Assembly (NCBI RefSeq): GCF_026210795.1
Contig: NC_089429.1
Span: 5,270,001-5,334,000 of the forward strand
Source of the DNA: Rhizophagus irregularis
Taxonomy: Eukaryota
Direction of reading: 5' to 3'
DNA: 64,000 nt
Shown here: in pieces, positions 29,101 to 41,913 of the stretch
How the letters are laid out: each line of letters opens with the position of its first letter
How positions within the stretch are numbered: position 1 is the first letter of the stretch
The notes under the pieces: generated by a model
Database searches by the model: none
What the model was told of the DNA's origin: nothing
Seen by the model: the letters and a program-made list of their open reading frames with translations, nothing else
Program-made: the position numbers and the translations under genes

Positions 29101-30230
29101 TACAGATAGTTTAGGTTTTATTAAAGTCTTATTTATTAAAAGATGGAATGAATTATTTACAAAAGGAAATTCTATGGTCAACTAGACGAATATTGAATGT
29201 TAATTATGTATCATTATGGAAGAACGTTCATAAGTTCATAGAGGATAATAAATTTGAGATTAGGATAAATAAAGTTAAGAGTCATTCAGGGTAAAGGAAA
29301 TGAAATGGCAGATAAGTTAAGTAAGATGGCTGTAATGAAAAATATGGAAAATAATACTCAATTTATGAGCGAGATTGATATACTGTGTAGTATAACATGG
29401 GAATATAATATGCTTTGGCGAGATTTTATGATTAAACAATGTCCGAGAGGAGATATTAATCAAATAGAATACAAAGCTGAGTGGTTAGCATTAGACATTA
29501 ATGGAACTTATCGTATGAATATTAATGAAGCGGAAATTGATTGGTTAAATTCTCTGCAAATTATTATGAAAGAATTTAAATCGGAGATATCTTCATATAA
29601 TATTAAAAATTTTTTAGAAATAATGCCTACAATGATCCTTAATAAAAGAAATCCTGAAATTTACAAAGAGAGCAGATGTGTTAGATGTAAATTTACCCAT
29701 GAAAACTGGACGCATATTTGGATTTGTAAAGAAAACGATACGACTATCGATCAGATTACAAATTTTGCGTTTGAACGTTTAAAGGAGAAATTAGACAACA
29801 TGGATTTCAGGTTTGGATTTAATTATCACGCTAAACTTCATCAAATTTTGAATGAAAGATTTTTATGCCTTTAATTGCTTCATGAAAAATCCTGCCATTA
29901 AATATATATAATCAATCGTCGTTTATATTTAGGTATTTCTGATAAAAGATTTAGAGATATGATAAGGGAATTTATTTGTGATATTAAAGAATTTGCGAGA
30001 CAATTTATCTGGCCAAGATGTCAAGAGGTAAACAATTGGGAAAAAAACAAAGGTATTGATCGAAATATGAAAAGAGGGGGTGAGACTAATCAAAGTCGGA
30101 TTTCACATGATTTTATTATTGATAGAGTTAGATTAGTATTAGATAGATACTTTATTGAAATGATGTATTTTACGTCTATATTATGATAAATTATGGTGTA
30201 ATAATTATTATAATACTAATAAAGTTTTAA
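26200..30230 (+). mobile_element. Decayed non-LTR (LINE-like) retrotransposon ORF2: RT, RNase H and C-terminal zinc finger
   Basis: KAPG, RPIT, DISKAYD, QGEVWSPILWRIFFDPL and HLEFMDDANL RT motifs. RNase H motifs ELEILAIITAL, IYTDS and KVKSHSG..NEMADKL, then CVRCKFTHENWTHIWIC. Many frameshifts. Confidence 0.85.
27820..28385 (+). mobile_element. GC-richer fragment resembling a LINE ORF1 (RRM-like region plus Cys knuckle)
   Basis: Reads YKPKRWAYVTF..SQELLDAAMEQIIALQGRNLKWDLP..LCHRCGKLGCNPQSC followed by an RS-rich tail. Composition changes abruptly inside the ORF2 remnant. Confidence 0.6.
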
Positions 30231-31239
30231 GAAAATAAGATCCGGTATGACGATGATGTAATCCGTAAAAGAACGCGACTTGGATTGCCGTGTAATCTCT
30301 TATGTCTGAAGATTCACGATTACTTTAACTGAGGAGCGGTGTATAGTAGGTTTTCTAACGAAGAACCTTTAAAACGGAAGATAGATATATATATTAAATC
30401 ACTCGAAACAATTATGAATAGTGAGCAAGAATCTAAGAGGCGTGACAAGGCAAAGTCACTCCATGACAATTATAAGAAGGAAAGTAAAAAACTTTTTTTA
30501 CTGAAAATAAGTTGGGAATGGTGGCGTGGCGAAAATCTGCTAGATGGTTCGTCATTCAAAACTGTTAGTTGAGCCACAAACTAGTAATGGAGCACAAATG
30601 ACCTGCTAGCTTGTTTGATGTTAAAAGACTGTTAGTCGATCCAGCACTAGACCTGTCAGGGCACAGATGACCTGCTAGCTTGTCTGATGTTCTGGCGGGA
30701 TCGGAAATAAAGTGGTACCGGAGACGTGTCGATTGTGTTGATTGGAGTATAATACTAATTTTCAAATTCTTCATGCCAGGAACCTAAACCGGATAAAAGT
30801 AAAGCAAAAACTTGGGAAATGTAACGTTCTCATAAGCAAGTCCATATCCATCAACCAATCATTACAGAAGATTTGACCGGAACTATTGCTACTGGAACTG
30901 TCAAACCACTAGAAAAAAAGAATTTCATTCACGTGTATTTTCAAAGCATTTGTTTGTATATCTGCCCATATCGGTTTTATTATAAATTTATAATTATATA
31001 TTAGGAAATTAGCAAAAATTTACTTTTAGCTCTACGCATTTTTTCAGGGCCGGAATTATGATAATGTCAGTCAGCTACTAAAATAAGTAATAAAATTCTG
31101 ACCAACATTATCGAAAATTACCTAAAAAAGGGAAGACTTTCATACGCGTTTATTTCTTGTTACCTATTCAGTATTGCTTGGGTCCTGATGTTGTAATCAA
31201 AATGGAATATAAACTGAAAAAAATGAAAATAAAGCAATT

Positions 31240-31505
31240 GAATTATATAAGAAAGCATCTGACGAAGGAGACATTGATTCAACATATCATCTTGGATATT
31301 ACTATCAACACGGAATAGGAACTGAAAAAATGAAATTAAAGCTTTTAAATTGTATGAGGAAGCAGCTGAAGGTGGTCATATTATTTCAATAAATAGATCT
31401 GCAAGTTGTTACGAAAATGGGATAGGAACGGAAAAAAATGAAATTAAGACACATGAATTATACAATGAATTAACTGTAATTGGTTATATTTCCATGAACA
31501 ATAAA
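31240..31505 (+). pseudogene. 3' Sel1-repeat end of a kinase-Sel1 paralogue
   Basis: Closely matches 46918-47182 (gaattatataagaaagcatctga..ggagacattgattca..tatcatcttggatattactatcaacacgg). The downstream flank is also similar. Confidence 0.8.
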
Positions 31506-33018
31506 ATTTGAACATTACAGTACTTATAAAAATTAATAATATGTAATGTTAAATATGATGATTCTTCTCAAAGAAAGTAAAAAATAAATCATCATGATAA
31601 TTTTTTTATTATGTCACAGCTCATAGTTTGAAAGGAATTATTAAAATATATGCCAATAAAATTAGTAGTTATTAAGTTTCGATATTAACAAATTTTGCTA
31701 GTGATTTGATTATTCCGTTCGAACTTGTAATTATAAATTCTTGCATCATCACTATGAATTTCTAATACCTCAATAATTTTAATCATTAAAAATTTTAAAT
31801 TTTTGCCCGGAATTTGTATGCAATATCCGGATAATGTTTCGGCATATTTTCCGGATATTTTACCACATTTTCTATCCTAGATACATTCGGACGAATTCTG
31901 TATTGTTTCCTCAATATTTTTCATGCTCAAATTGCATTACCGCTTAAACTTCGGACTTGTGAGACTTATAGGTACCATAACTTAATAATTTGTTGGGAAA
32001 GAATTTTATATTACAACGCGAAATCTTAACTTTTCTTACTATTGAAGCTATAAAAATGTGATTATTCGGTAAATTCCGTTTTTTATTAAAGATATCTTAT
32101 TTGCGAGGCAATAAAACAAAATTTATTTTATTATTATATTTAAATTTGAAATAAAATATTGCTTTTGCTACATACAGTATTTATGTCAAATTATCAATAG
32201 TTTTTTTAACGTTATAATAGAAACTGATGCTAATACTAGTACCAGCAGTATTCCGACTGATATTTGGAAAAATATTTTAATTGATGTGACCATGAAATAA
32301 AATTATGAATTTGAAAAAAATATTTTAACTAGCGATGTCTTGACATACGTTTACTCCAAATTGAAATACGATAAAGTTTATCGTAAATATTTTGTTCAGT
32401 AAAAAATTTTTAGAGATTGACGTATTGCACGTTAAAGTTTTGAAAAGAATTTCATTATTAGAATCCTTATTGAAGAAATTATACTGGATTAAAATATTTA
32501 GAAATTATAAAATGTAATCAATTTACTTAGAGAATTAAATATGTTGAAAACCTCGCATCGGGTATTGGTAAAAACTTGTTATTATTGATCCAACTTACCT
32601 GAGTAGTTTTATTAAATAAGTTTTTTTTTTATTATAGCAAAAAAATACATACAATCTATAATTATTAAAATTGGGATATAACCCAACACATCACGGGATC
32701 GCCTCTTTACTTACTCTCCCTTGCAAAGTGATCTTTTCTACGTTGCTAAATCTTAGACCGCCGTATTTTTATCAAGTTCCGACACCTGAATAATAATAAT
32801 CCCGTTTTTGATGTATCCCGGATTTCTTTTGTGGATTATTGTCGGGACGAAATTATAATTAATAATGAATGATCCCTATAATTTTTTTAGAATATAAATT
32901 TTATTGGTTTATAATTTCAAATAATACATACGTACATATACTGTATATAGAATATATAAAATAAATATAAAAAGAAAAAAGAAAAAAAAATCAACAAACT
33001 TTAAAATGAAAAATCTAT

Positions 33019-35614
33019 CTAAATATATCTATCAATCTTAACGCTATTTAAAAATTGTATAGCCCTTGGTTGGTTTTTTAAAGCTGCCATCTTTAAATAT
33101 TGTAAACCTTTCTCCTTATCCCTATTTAAACCAACCATACCAGCATAATACATTCTACCTAAATTAAATTGTGCTGTAGCATTACCATTTTCCGCTGCTA
33201 AAGTTAAATATTGTAAGAAAGCATCAGTATCTTGAATAATTTGATCATGATAAAGTGAAAAGGCGTAACGTAATTGTGAATCAGCAACTTCTTCATCAGC
33301 AGCTTCTTTAAAAAATTTCGTTCCTTGTTTAATATCTTTTTGAATATGATAACCTTCCGTTAAATAATGTGCTTTCCAATATTTCGCATAATGATTACCT
33401 AATTTTGCATGTGATTGAAAACATTCCCATGCCGGTTTACGCTCTCCTGATTTATGTAATTTTATACCTTCTTCTATCAATAATATTGGTTGAATCATTG
33501 GTAAAAAATCAATCTTATAATCCGTGACTTCTGGTATAGGATCATCATTATCTCCATCTATAATAATGTTATTGTTGTTATTATTATCTAAATTACTACT
33601 ACTTGGTTTTTTGTCCAAATCTGTCATAACATTCTTTCTGGTTGGAGGTGTGAATTCTTTTAAAGGATATTTTTGCGTTAAATCGTATAATTGATTAAAC
33701 AATTCATGGAGTCCCGGTCGAAGTGTTGGATCATCTTGCCACGCTATTTAAGTTCAAAAAATAAAAATTATTAATACTGCAGAAAATTGACAAGTTAAGA
33801 AAGACTTAATTTGCGTTAATAAAATTTCACCGGCTCGAATTATCTTTGCAAAATCTTTTTGGACTTCAGATGGATTCGGACCAAAATCAATACTTTCACG
33901 TTTACCAGCCTTAACATGATCAATAATGTTCGTATAACTCCAATCTCTATATGGAATTACATCAAAAGCTATCTCCCACAAAAGCATACCAAAACTAAAC
34001 ATAAAAAAAAAGTATTACGTAAGATTAACGTGGCCATTTTGATCGAATACACTTAATTTTTAGGAACGAACCTGAAAATATCACATTTTGATGAAAACTT
34101 CACTTTTGTTCCTTGCCTTAGTTTTTCAGGCGCTAACCAATGAACCACTGCCGTTATATTTTCAACAAAATATCTACTATATTTAGCGGGTCTTCCAAAA
34201 TTAAAATTCGCTACCTTTGGTTCAAGTCTTTCATTAATCTAAGAAAAAAAAAATAGAATTTAATTTAAAAATATTCGTTAAAACAAAAAAAAAATCCACT
34301 TTGATTTTTACTTACCATAATATTTTGACATCTAATCTCTCTATGAAGAATTTGACAACCATGTAAAAATGATAACCCACGACAAATTCCTAAAGCAATA
34401 TTTAATTTTACAGGCCAATCAAGAGTATACTTTTCATATAAAGATTGTAAATCCCCATATTCAGCCCAATCAAAAATTAATACTTGACCTTCATCTAAAT
34501 CTGATAATCCTAAAAATCTTATAATATTATCTGAATTATTTAATAATTGTAACATCGCTAATTCATTATCAAACCTTGGTGATTGTTCACTATCATAATA
34601 TTTACACGCCACAAATTTTGATTCATAAGACATTTTATGAATATTCCCCCCTCTATTATTATTATTATTTAAAGTATTATTACTATCATAATTTTTTGTA
34701 TCGAGTTTTGTTATCTTTTTCGTTTGAAATTTGACTTTTTTTGAATCCGATATTTGTGATCTTTTGATAATTATTTCATCAAATATAGGATTAATCTTCT
34801 TATTCGATGTCGTAATCCCACCATCAACATTTTCTAAAAACTAGAGAAACGAGGAAGTTAAAATATTTCTTTCGTCAAATTATTTATTAAGAATAAACTA
34901 TAAGGATAAATAAATTTATTAAAAATTTCATACCTTAGTCAACGCGGCACCATCATATTCAGCAGCTTCATCATCCCTTACGCCTTGATCTTTTTTAGAA
35001 TAAGTAACTTTTAAACGTAAATTAATTACAAGATCATCAAATTCTCTAGTAATATTTCTAAAATGTTCTTTTAATTTTTCAACACTTTTAAATTTTCTTA
35101 AACCATGAAGTTGCGAAATATCAGTAATAAAATGACGTATCCTCTCCAATAAATCAATAAATTTATGATAACCATAATAAATATTTTGTTGTAAAAAATA
35201 CCCAACATTTTCTTCTTTATGCCTTTTTAAAGATTTAATAGACATTTCAGTACTTTCAATTCTATCAATTAAACAATCACAAATTTTTTTGTTAAATTGA
35301 ATAGTTTCATATAATTCTAAAATATTTTTAATTAAATCAAGAATATCTGAAATCAAAACATCAAAATGTTTTGATGATTCACCGATAACAGCAATATTTC
35401 CAATTAATTGATTTGATATTTTTAATTGATTTAATAATTCTTCATTAGACTCATTAGATTCTCCAATTTCATATAAACCCCCATGAATTATAATTTCTTC
35501 GTGTATATTTATCTGTCTTGATGGAAAAAGTCGCCTTTCTGCAAAAGGTTCCCTCGTAGGTGGAGCAAATCTCAAAACAAAATCCATATCCCCCTTCCTA
35601 GAACGTCGTTCCAT
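33019..35614 (-). CDS. MLKL-N-terminal-like helical domain + pseudokinase + Sel1-like repeats; about 5 exons
   Basis: N-terminal LISDILDLIKNILELYETIQFNKKICDCLIDRI. Kinase fold with VACK, HREIRCQNIM (HRD to HRE), VANFNF (no DFG), WLAPE and FSFGMLLWEI. C-terminal AAENGNATAQFNLGRMY Sel1 repeats. Confidence 0.85.
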
Positions 35615-37433
35615 TATTATTGATATAATACTTTAATTCTAAAGGTGACCTGAAAATAAGAAATAAAATATTAATCGAATTAATTTAAAAATGAAAAAAA
35701 AACAATAAGAAAAAATGAACGTTTTTGCGAATTTACGTATAAGTAGTCTATAGAAAATAATGTCGAAAGTAAAAAATAGTACTGTATAATGATAACAAAA
35801 GACAAAAAGAAAATAAGTGAACGTAAATGTGCAAATGTAGAAGACAAAACGTTTAAAAAAAAAATTTTTTTTCGAAACTTTACCTCGAATATATTTTAAT
35901 ATTTTATACAATAACTTATATATATATATACACCTATATAGATAAAAGCGTAAAAAGTAATTTCCATAAATATCTTTTTACAAGCCACAAAGTGTTACGA
36001 CATCAAAAAAAAAAAAATATTTTATCATTTTTTTTTAAAAAAAAATAACTTTACCTAAGTGTCTTAATCTCCTGCCGATCCTAATTCTTATTCTCGGCTA
36101 TATATAAAAAATTACTTTTTTATTAAGTAAATTTATTTATACTATTTATATTATTATAATATTAATTCTTAATAGACTTATCCCATTATTGGTTATGGTA
36201 TTGATATGCATCGTATGATAATTCTTATTTTGGATCATCAGAACATGATAAATATGTAGCAGCAGCACTGGGTAACATCGCTGATTTGTTGATTTACTAC
36301 ATAAACATAATATGGATAATGTTATAATGTCGGAATTTATAACTTTATAACTCCGGAAATCAATGGAATAATTAACCGCAGCAAATTATAAGAAAATTAT
36401 ATAATAAATTCAGCCCATTAACAAACAAATTAGATCATCACAAAAAAAAAAATAAAATTATAAACTGAAAAAATTGAATAGAGATATTTAAGAAATTTTA
36501 CTATCGTTAATCATATACCAAGCTTTAAAATAGATCCAGATTTGAAACGCATGAATTTACAAAAATTATGAAAAACACTTAATTCTCGACTTTAAATATT
36601 TTTCATAGGAGTTTGAGAAAAAATCTTCCAGAATTTTCGGAAACAATTAGAGGCGGTAAAATCTATAAAATCTATTACAATAATAATTAGGAATAAAAAC
36701 ATTTGTATAACACAAAGGGATTTATTTAGATATCAAAGACCAAAAATTTGTTTAGTTAAAAAGCCGCAAAATTACGCTATTATAAATCTAGAACAGACGA
36801 TGACGTAAGTATAAATCTAAATAATTACTTAATGCTTACAGAGTAATTTGCTAATCATTCAATCATTTTTTAAAGTACGAAGATCAAGTTCTTTAATGCC
36901 CCCTCAGATATTACTATTTAATACCGTTACTTATTTTATACGACTTAAAATCGATAAATACATTAGTAATACATTTAAATCAACAATATGAATAATTTTG
37001 TGATTTGTGTTCATACTTCACAGTTTACACATTCGTAACCTTTAACTTTTAATATGAGGAAACTTTCAGATTGTAAGAATTTTTTTCCAAGGATATGCTT
37101 ACAATATATTTTTCAATTAAATTCTTGAAAATGAAAAACCTGATGTAAGATAGTTTCTACTTTTTGTAATAACCGTATATTAAACCGTATTTTATATAAT
37201 AAAAGATATGCATACAATTAGTTTAACATGCTTTTTTGTATTTGTTTAGATAACGATTTACAAAAAAAAAAATTAGTTAGATCTCACAATTCAGTCAAAG
37301 CCATAAACGGATGTGCTAAGCCACAAATATTTAGCCACAAGCTAAAAATTTCGCCGTATCATGTATTTCTTGTAGTATATATAAATAAAAGGTTAAATGG
37401 AAATATGATTTCTTATTGAAATAATATTTTATA

Positions 37434-39260
37434 ATGAGAATTCAAATTATTGTTATTTTATTATCTTCATTGATATTTTCTTCGATTTTATTAACAGTTG
37501 CACACGAAGATAGATATGAAATCGATGTAAATACAAAGGTGTTACATAAGGGACATACAAATAAGGAAAAAACAAAACACGACGACGACGACAACGACGA
37601 CCACGATCACGATCACGATCACGATCACGACGACGACAACGACCACGACGACTGCGACAATGATGACGATGATGATGGTCCAAAAGAATCGGATAAAAAC
37701 AAAGATGATCATGATCATGATCATGATGAAGAGTCACAAAACCAGGATTCACCAGGACAATCACAGTAAATAATTAAGCAATTTTTTTTTCTTATGTAAT
37801 TATTCAATTATTTAACCAATATTCATTTCAAATTTGATATTGATATTTTAGTGAACATAATTCTGGTGATGCAAATACGTAAGTACACACTTCTGATATT
37901 AGTTAATTATCGGTCATTCCCATTCCTTAACTGATTTTTAATTTTTCGTAGAAGTGAAACGCATTCATCTCCTAAAACTTCGAAATCTCCTATTGAATCT
38001 TCACCACCTACAGCACATGAACCTTCACCTCTGAAACATTCACCCAAATCTTCACCACCTTCAGATTCTTCATCTGATTCTTCACCTTCAGATTCTTCAC
38101 CCAAATCTTCGCCCCCAGACGATTCTTCACCTTCAGGTCCTCCACCCAAATCTTCACCCCCAGACGATTCTTCACCTTCAGGTCCTCCGCCCAAATCTTC
38201 ACCTCCAGACGATTCTCCACATTCTTCACCTTCAGATTCTTCACCCAAATCTTCGCCCCCAAACGGTTCATCACCTTCAGGTTCTCCACCTAAATCACCG
38301 CCTCCAGACGATTCTTCACCTTCAGGTTCTCCACCTAAATCTTCGCCTCCAGACGATTCTTCACCTTCAGAATCTCCACCCAAATCTCCACCTCCCTCTG
38401 ATTCTTCACCTGATTCTTCACCTTCAGATTCTTCATCACCTAAGTCTTCACCTCCATCCGATTCATCACCAGATTCATCACCTTCAGATTCATCACCTAA
38501 ATCTTCACCCAAATCTTCGCCTCCAAATGACTCTTCACCTTCAGGTTCTCCACCCAAATCTTCACCTCCAGATGATTCTTCGCCTTCAGATTCATCACCC
38601 AAATCTTCGCCTCCAAATGATTCTTCACCCTCAGGTCCACCCAAATCTTCACCTCCAAATGATTCTTCGCCTTCAGGTTCTCCACCCAAATCTTCACCTC
38701 CAGACGGTTCATCACCTTCAGATTCATCACCCAAATCTTCTCCTCCAGACGATTCATCACCTTCAGATTCTCCACCCAAATCTTCACCTCCAGATGATTC
38801 ATCACCTAAATCTTCACCCAAAACTTCACCTTCAGACGATTCATCACCTTCAGATTCATCACCCAAATCTTCACCACCTTCAGATTCTTCACCTAAATCT
38901 TCACCACCAAATTCTTCACCTAAATCATCGCTTCCAGGTTCCTCAACTCCAGGTTCTTCACCCAAATCTCCACCTTCATTACCTGCTTCACCTCCAACTG
39001 GTTTACCACCCACAATAGATCCTATTCCTCCTAAAGGTGCACTACCATCAGAAGCACCTGGACATGAACTACCACCAGAACCTACTTTTACAGTTACTGT
39101 TGGAGTTCCTAAAACTCCAGTATCACCAAATTTTAGTTCACCAAGTCCAAGTCTGTTGGCAGGTAGTGATGCTAATAAGCCAATAATTTTAGAACCTAAA
39201 TCTATGATCTTAGCCGGTATAATTTTCGGATTAGTTGGTGTATTCTTTACTTTACTTTAG
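37434..39260 (+). CDS. Secreted His/Asp-rich, Ser/Pro-repeat, probably GPI-anchored cell-surface protein; exons 37434-37765, 37852-37878, 37952-39260
   Basis: Signal peptide MRIQIIVILLSSLIFSSILLTVA and a (DH)n tract. Two GT-AG introns keep the frame into SPKSSPPDDSSPSG repeats. Ends GSDANKP..MILAGIIFGLVGVFFTLL*. Confidence 0.85.
38040..38930 (+). repeat. Coding minisatellite of mostly 45 bp units encoding SPKSSPPDDSSPSGS variants
   Basis: Recurrent cacccaaatcttcacctccagacgattcttcaccttcag units. Confidence 0.9.
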
Positions 39261-40889
39261 ATATTTATTATTATTTTTTTTTTTTAATCGATTTATAATT
39301 ATAATGTAAACTATAAAAGAAGGAGAAAAAAAGGATTTTTATGTATAATAATAATAATAATAATAATTAGCATACTCTTAATTACTCCTTGTATATCTCC
39401 ACTTTTATATAAAAATATAATAACTGATAATTAAAAATTTATAATACAATAGATATTTTTATTCGCCAACTTGGCCTCACGATTACGCGTAATTTAATTC
39501 TATTTTATTTACTAAGAAAGAAATATTTTATAAATTATTGTTAAAGAAAACCTGTTTCTTTTTCTTTTCTTTTTTTTTTTATCATATTAAACAGTAATTT
39601 AAACTATTTAAGTGAATGAGTGATCAAATTATTAACCGGATCATTATGAATTGACCGGATCATTTCCATTTTCATTATTTTTTACACGTTTTCGTCTACA
39701 AACACAACACGCTGACATTAAAAAAACGACGACAAAAATAATGGCCCATTTAAGTATTGTAAGAACAAATTTATCGTCGAGGATATTTCTCTTTCTTAAA
39801 TGATTTGACGTTATATCACTAAGAATAATAAATATAATTTAATTTAGTTTAATTTAATTTGAATTTTGAATTCTGAATTTTATCAAATAATATAATAAAC
39901 TCACATTGGAAATGCTGTCGTCGCTATTATATTGAGAAGGAATAAAGTAAATAATCGCATTTTATAAATCATAATATAATATACTGTATGATTTTAAAGG
40001 AATGTTGAATTTGGTGGATTATGTAAATTAAAATGAAATTTTTTTTTTTCTCGTAATTTTTTTGAAGAAAAATATAAAAAAAGAATAAAATTATTTTTTT
40101 TTATCTCAAGCATGATTATATGTGATATTTATTAAATTATGAATCTCGAAATATTAGATACAGATTTTTTTTTAACTTGTTAAATTGTTAAATTACAATA
40201 ACCAATTAAAGTAAATAAAGAGTAGCGGATCAACAAAAGAAATTAATAATGAAACAAATAATAAATTTGAGCATCAATAAATATTTAATTCTTATTGGAT
40301 AATTTCAAACTGTATATAACGATTACATGAAATTTTTTAAATCGTACATAAAATTTTTAACCTAATTTAGTAAAAGAATGGTATAAAATTCTTTGAACGA
40401 TTTTTGATTGATCAACTTAAATTTAAAGAAGCTGGTTTTTTTGTTGTTTAATTCAAAATCGTACAATTATTCAAAAATTTCTTTTTGTGTATACTAATAC
40501 AAAAATAAAATAAGAATAAAAATGTCAATTATCAATCTTTGTAAGATAACCCAAAGAGAGAAATTAAAATAGAATCTTTATTAACCGGAAATTTCTCTAC
40601 CCTAAAAAATAATTGTAATTTGCAAACTAATAAATTAACAAATAATTTATAGTTTGAATTCTTTAAAATATTCTACTAAACATTTATACGGCTTAATGAT
40701 TCAGCAGATTAAACTTCTCAGTGTATCATTCTAAACTTTAATGCTTTAATAGCAAATTTTAATTCGATTATATAGTATAACCAAGTATAAAGCGTTAGTC
40801 AGGTATAGTCAGAAAACTAACAAATAAAGAAAAACAAATATTTTAAAATTTTAATAAGTAACTAATGATACGTTAATAGGAGGATTGTT

Positions 40890-41230
40890 GACGGCCCGGC
40901 CGTACTGCGGTCCTGTTATAGGACTGATTTTTTTTTTTTTGTTACAGCTGATTTCATAATATACGGGACACTTAGCAAATTTTAAAGAACTCGGTAAAGC
41001 TTGATAGTTGATATAAAATAAAAATAAAAATTATACGCTAATTTTGGAGTACTATTCCGAGAATGGTGGTATAATTTTATCTTATTTTGAGTTTTACCAA
41101 ATGTTTCCGAGTTCTTTAAAATTTGCGTGCATTATGAAATCAGCTGTAACCGCAGTCTTATAGGACCGAACGGTCCCAGTCCTAGGGTCCGGTGACCGAT
41201 GAAGACCCGGACCAAGATGGGCCAGACCAG
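40890..41230. mobile_element. Degenerate relative of the ggaccg-rich element at 49172-50092
   Basis: ggaccg/cggtcc motif clusters at both ends and an internal inverted pair (aaattttaaagaactcggta / ccgagttctttaaaatttg). Confidence 0.45.
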
Positions 41231-41913
41231 TATATCGTTTACTGTTCAACTTATCGATCATAGACCCATAATTACATAGGACAGTTAACATCCCCCGACA
41301 TCGTAATATTCTCTTTTTTTAATAACTATCGTGTTAACACTATGATCCGATCGAAATTGTATTTAATTTGGCATTTCTGCATAATTCGTATCTTTTCAAG
41401 ACAGTTTACCTCTACAAAAACATCTTTCCATAGAGATTACCGCTATTTCCTTTTTGTATAATTTTCACAATCGTGTCATTTCCTTTTGATAATCATTTTT
41501 TTTCTTTTTTTTTAAAAAAAAGAGATTTTTTTATAAACTATAGTTTTCATCTCAGTTAGTTTTTTTTCTTATTATAGTTCTTGTATTCTTTTACAATTCT
41601 TTATATCAATATTTTTTTTTTACAATTTATACATAAAAATTTGTCAAATTTTTAGTTGAACGTAGTATCGATTGCGATGTGTGAATATCTAATCAGATGA
41701 CAGTATATGCAATTGAATAATACTCACATGATTAATCTAATAATACAATAAATAATTGAGCGATTGGCAGACTTTATGGGTTTATACTTAAAATATACTA
41801 AATTTATTTGTAGATCATGCGTTTTGTAACTTGTGAAACGTTTGTAAGTACATAAATACCATTTAATCGTTTGGTTTTTTTTATTACTTAAAGAATCTGA
41901 ATTCTATAGAAAA

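Noticed and set aside
30300..30500. Short coding-like fragment (EPLKRKIDIYIKSLETIMNSEQ)
   Set aside because: It is probably a decayed piece of a repetitive gene family, but too short and broken to assign.
37907..39013. 368-aa Gly/Glu-rich minus-strand ORF
   Set aside because: It is the antisense shadow of the Ser/Pro repeat exon. The plus strand has the signal peptide, in-frame splice sites and GPI-type tail.
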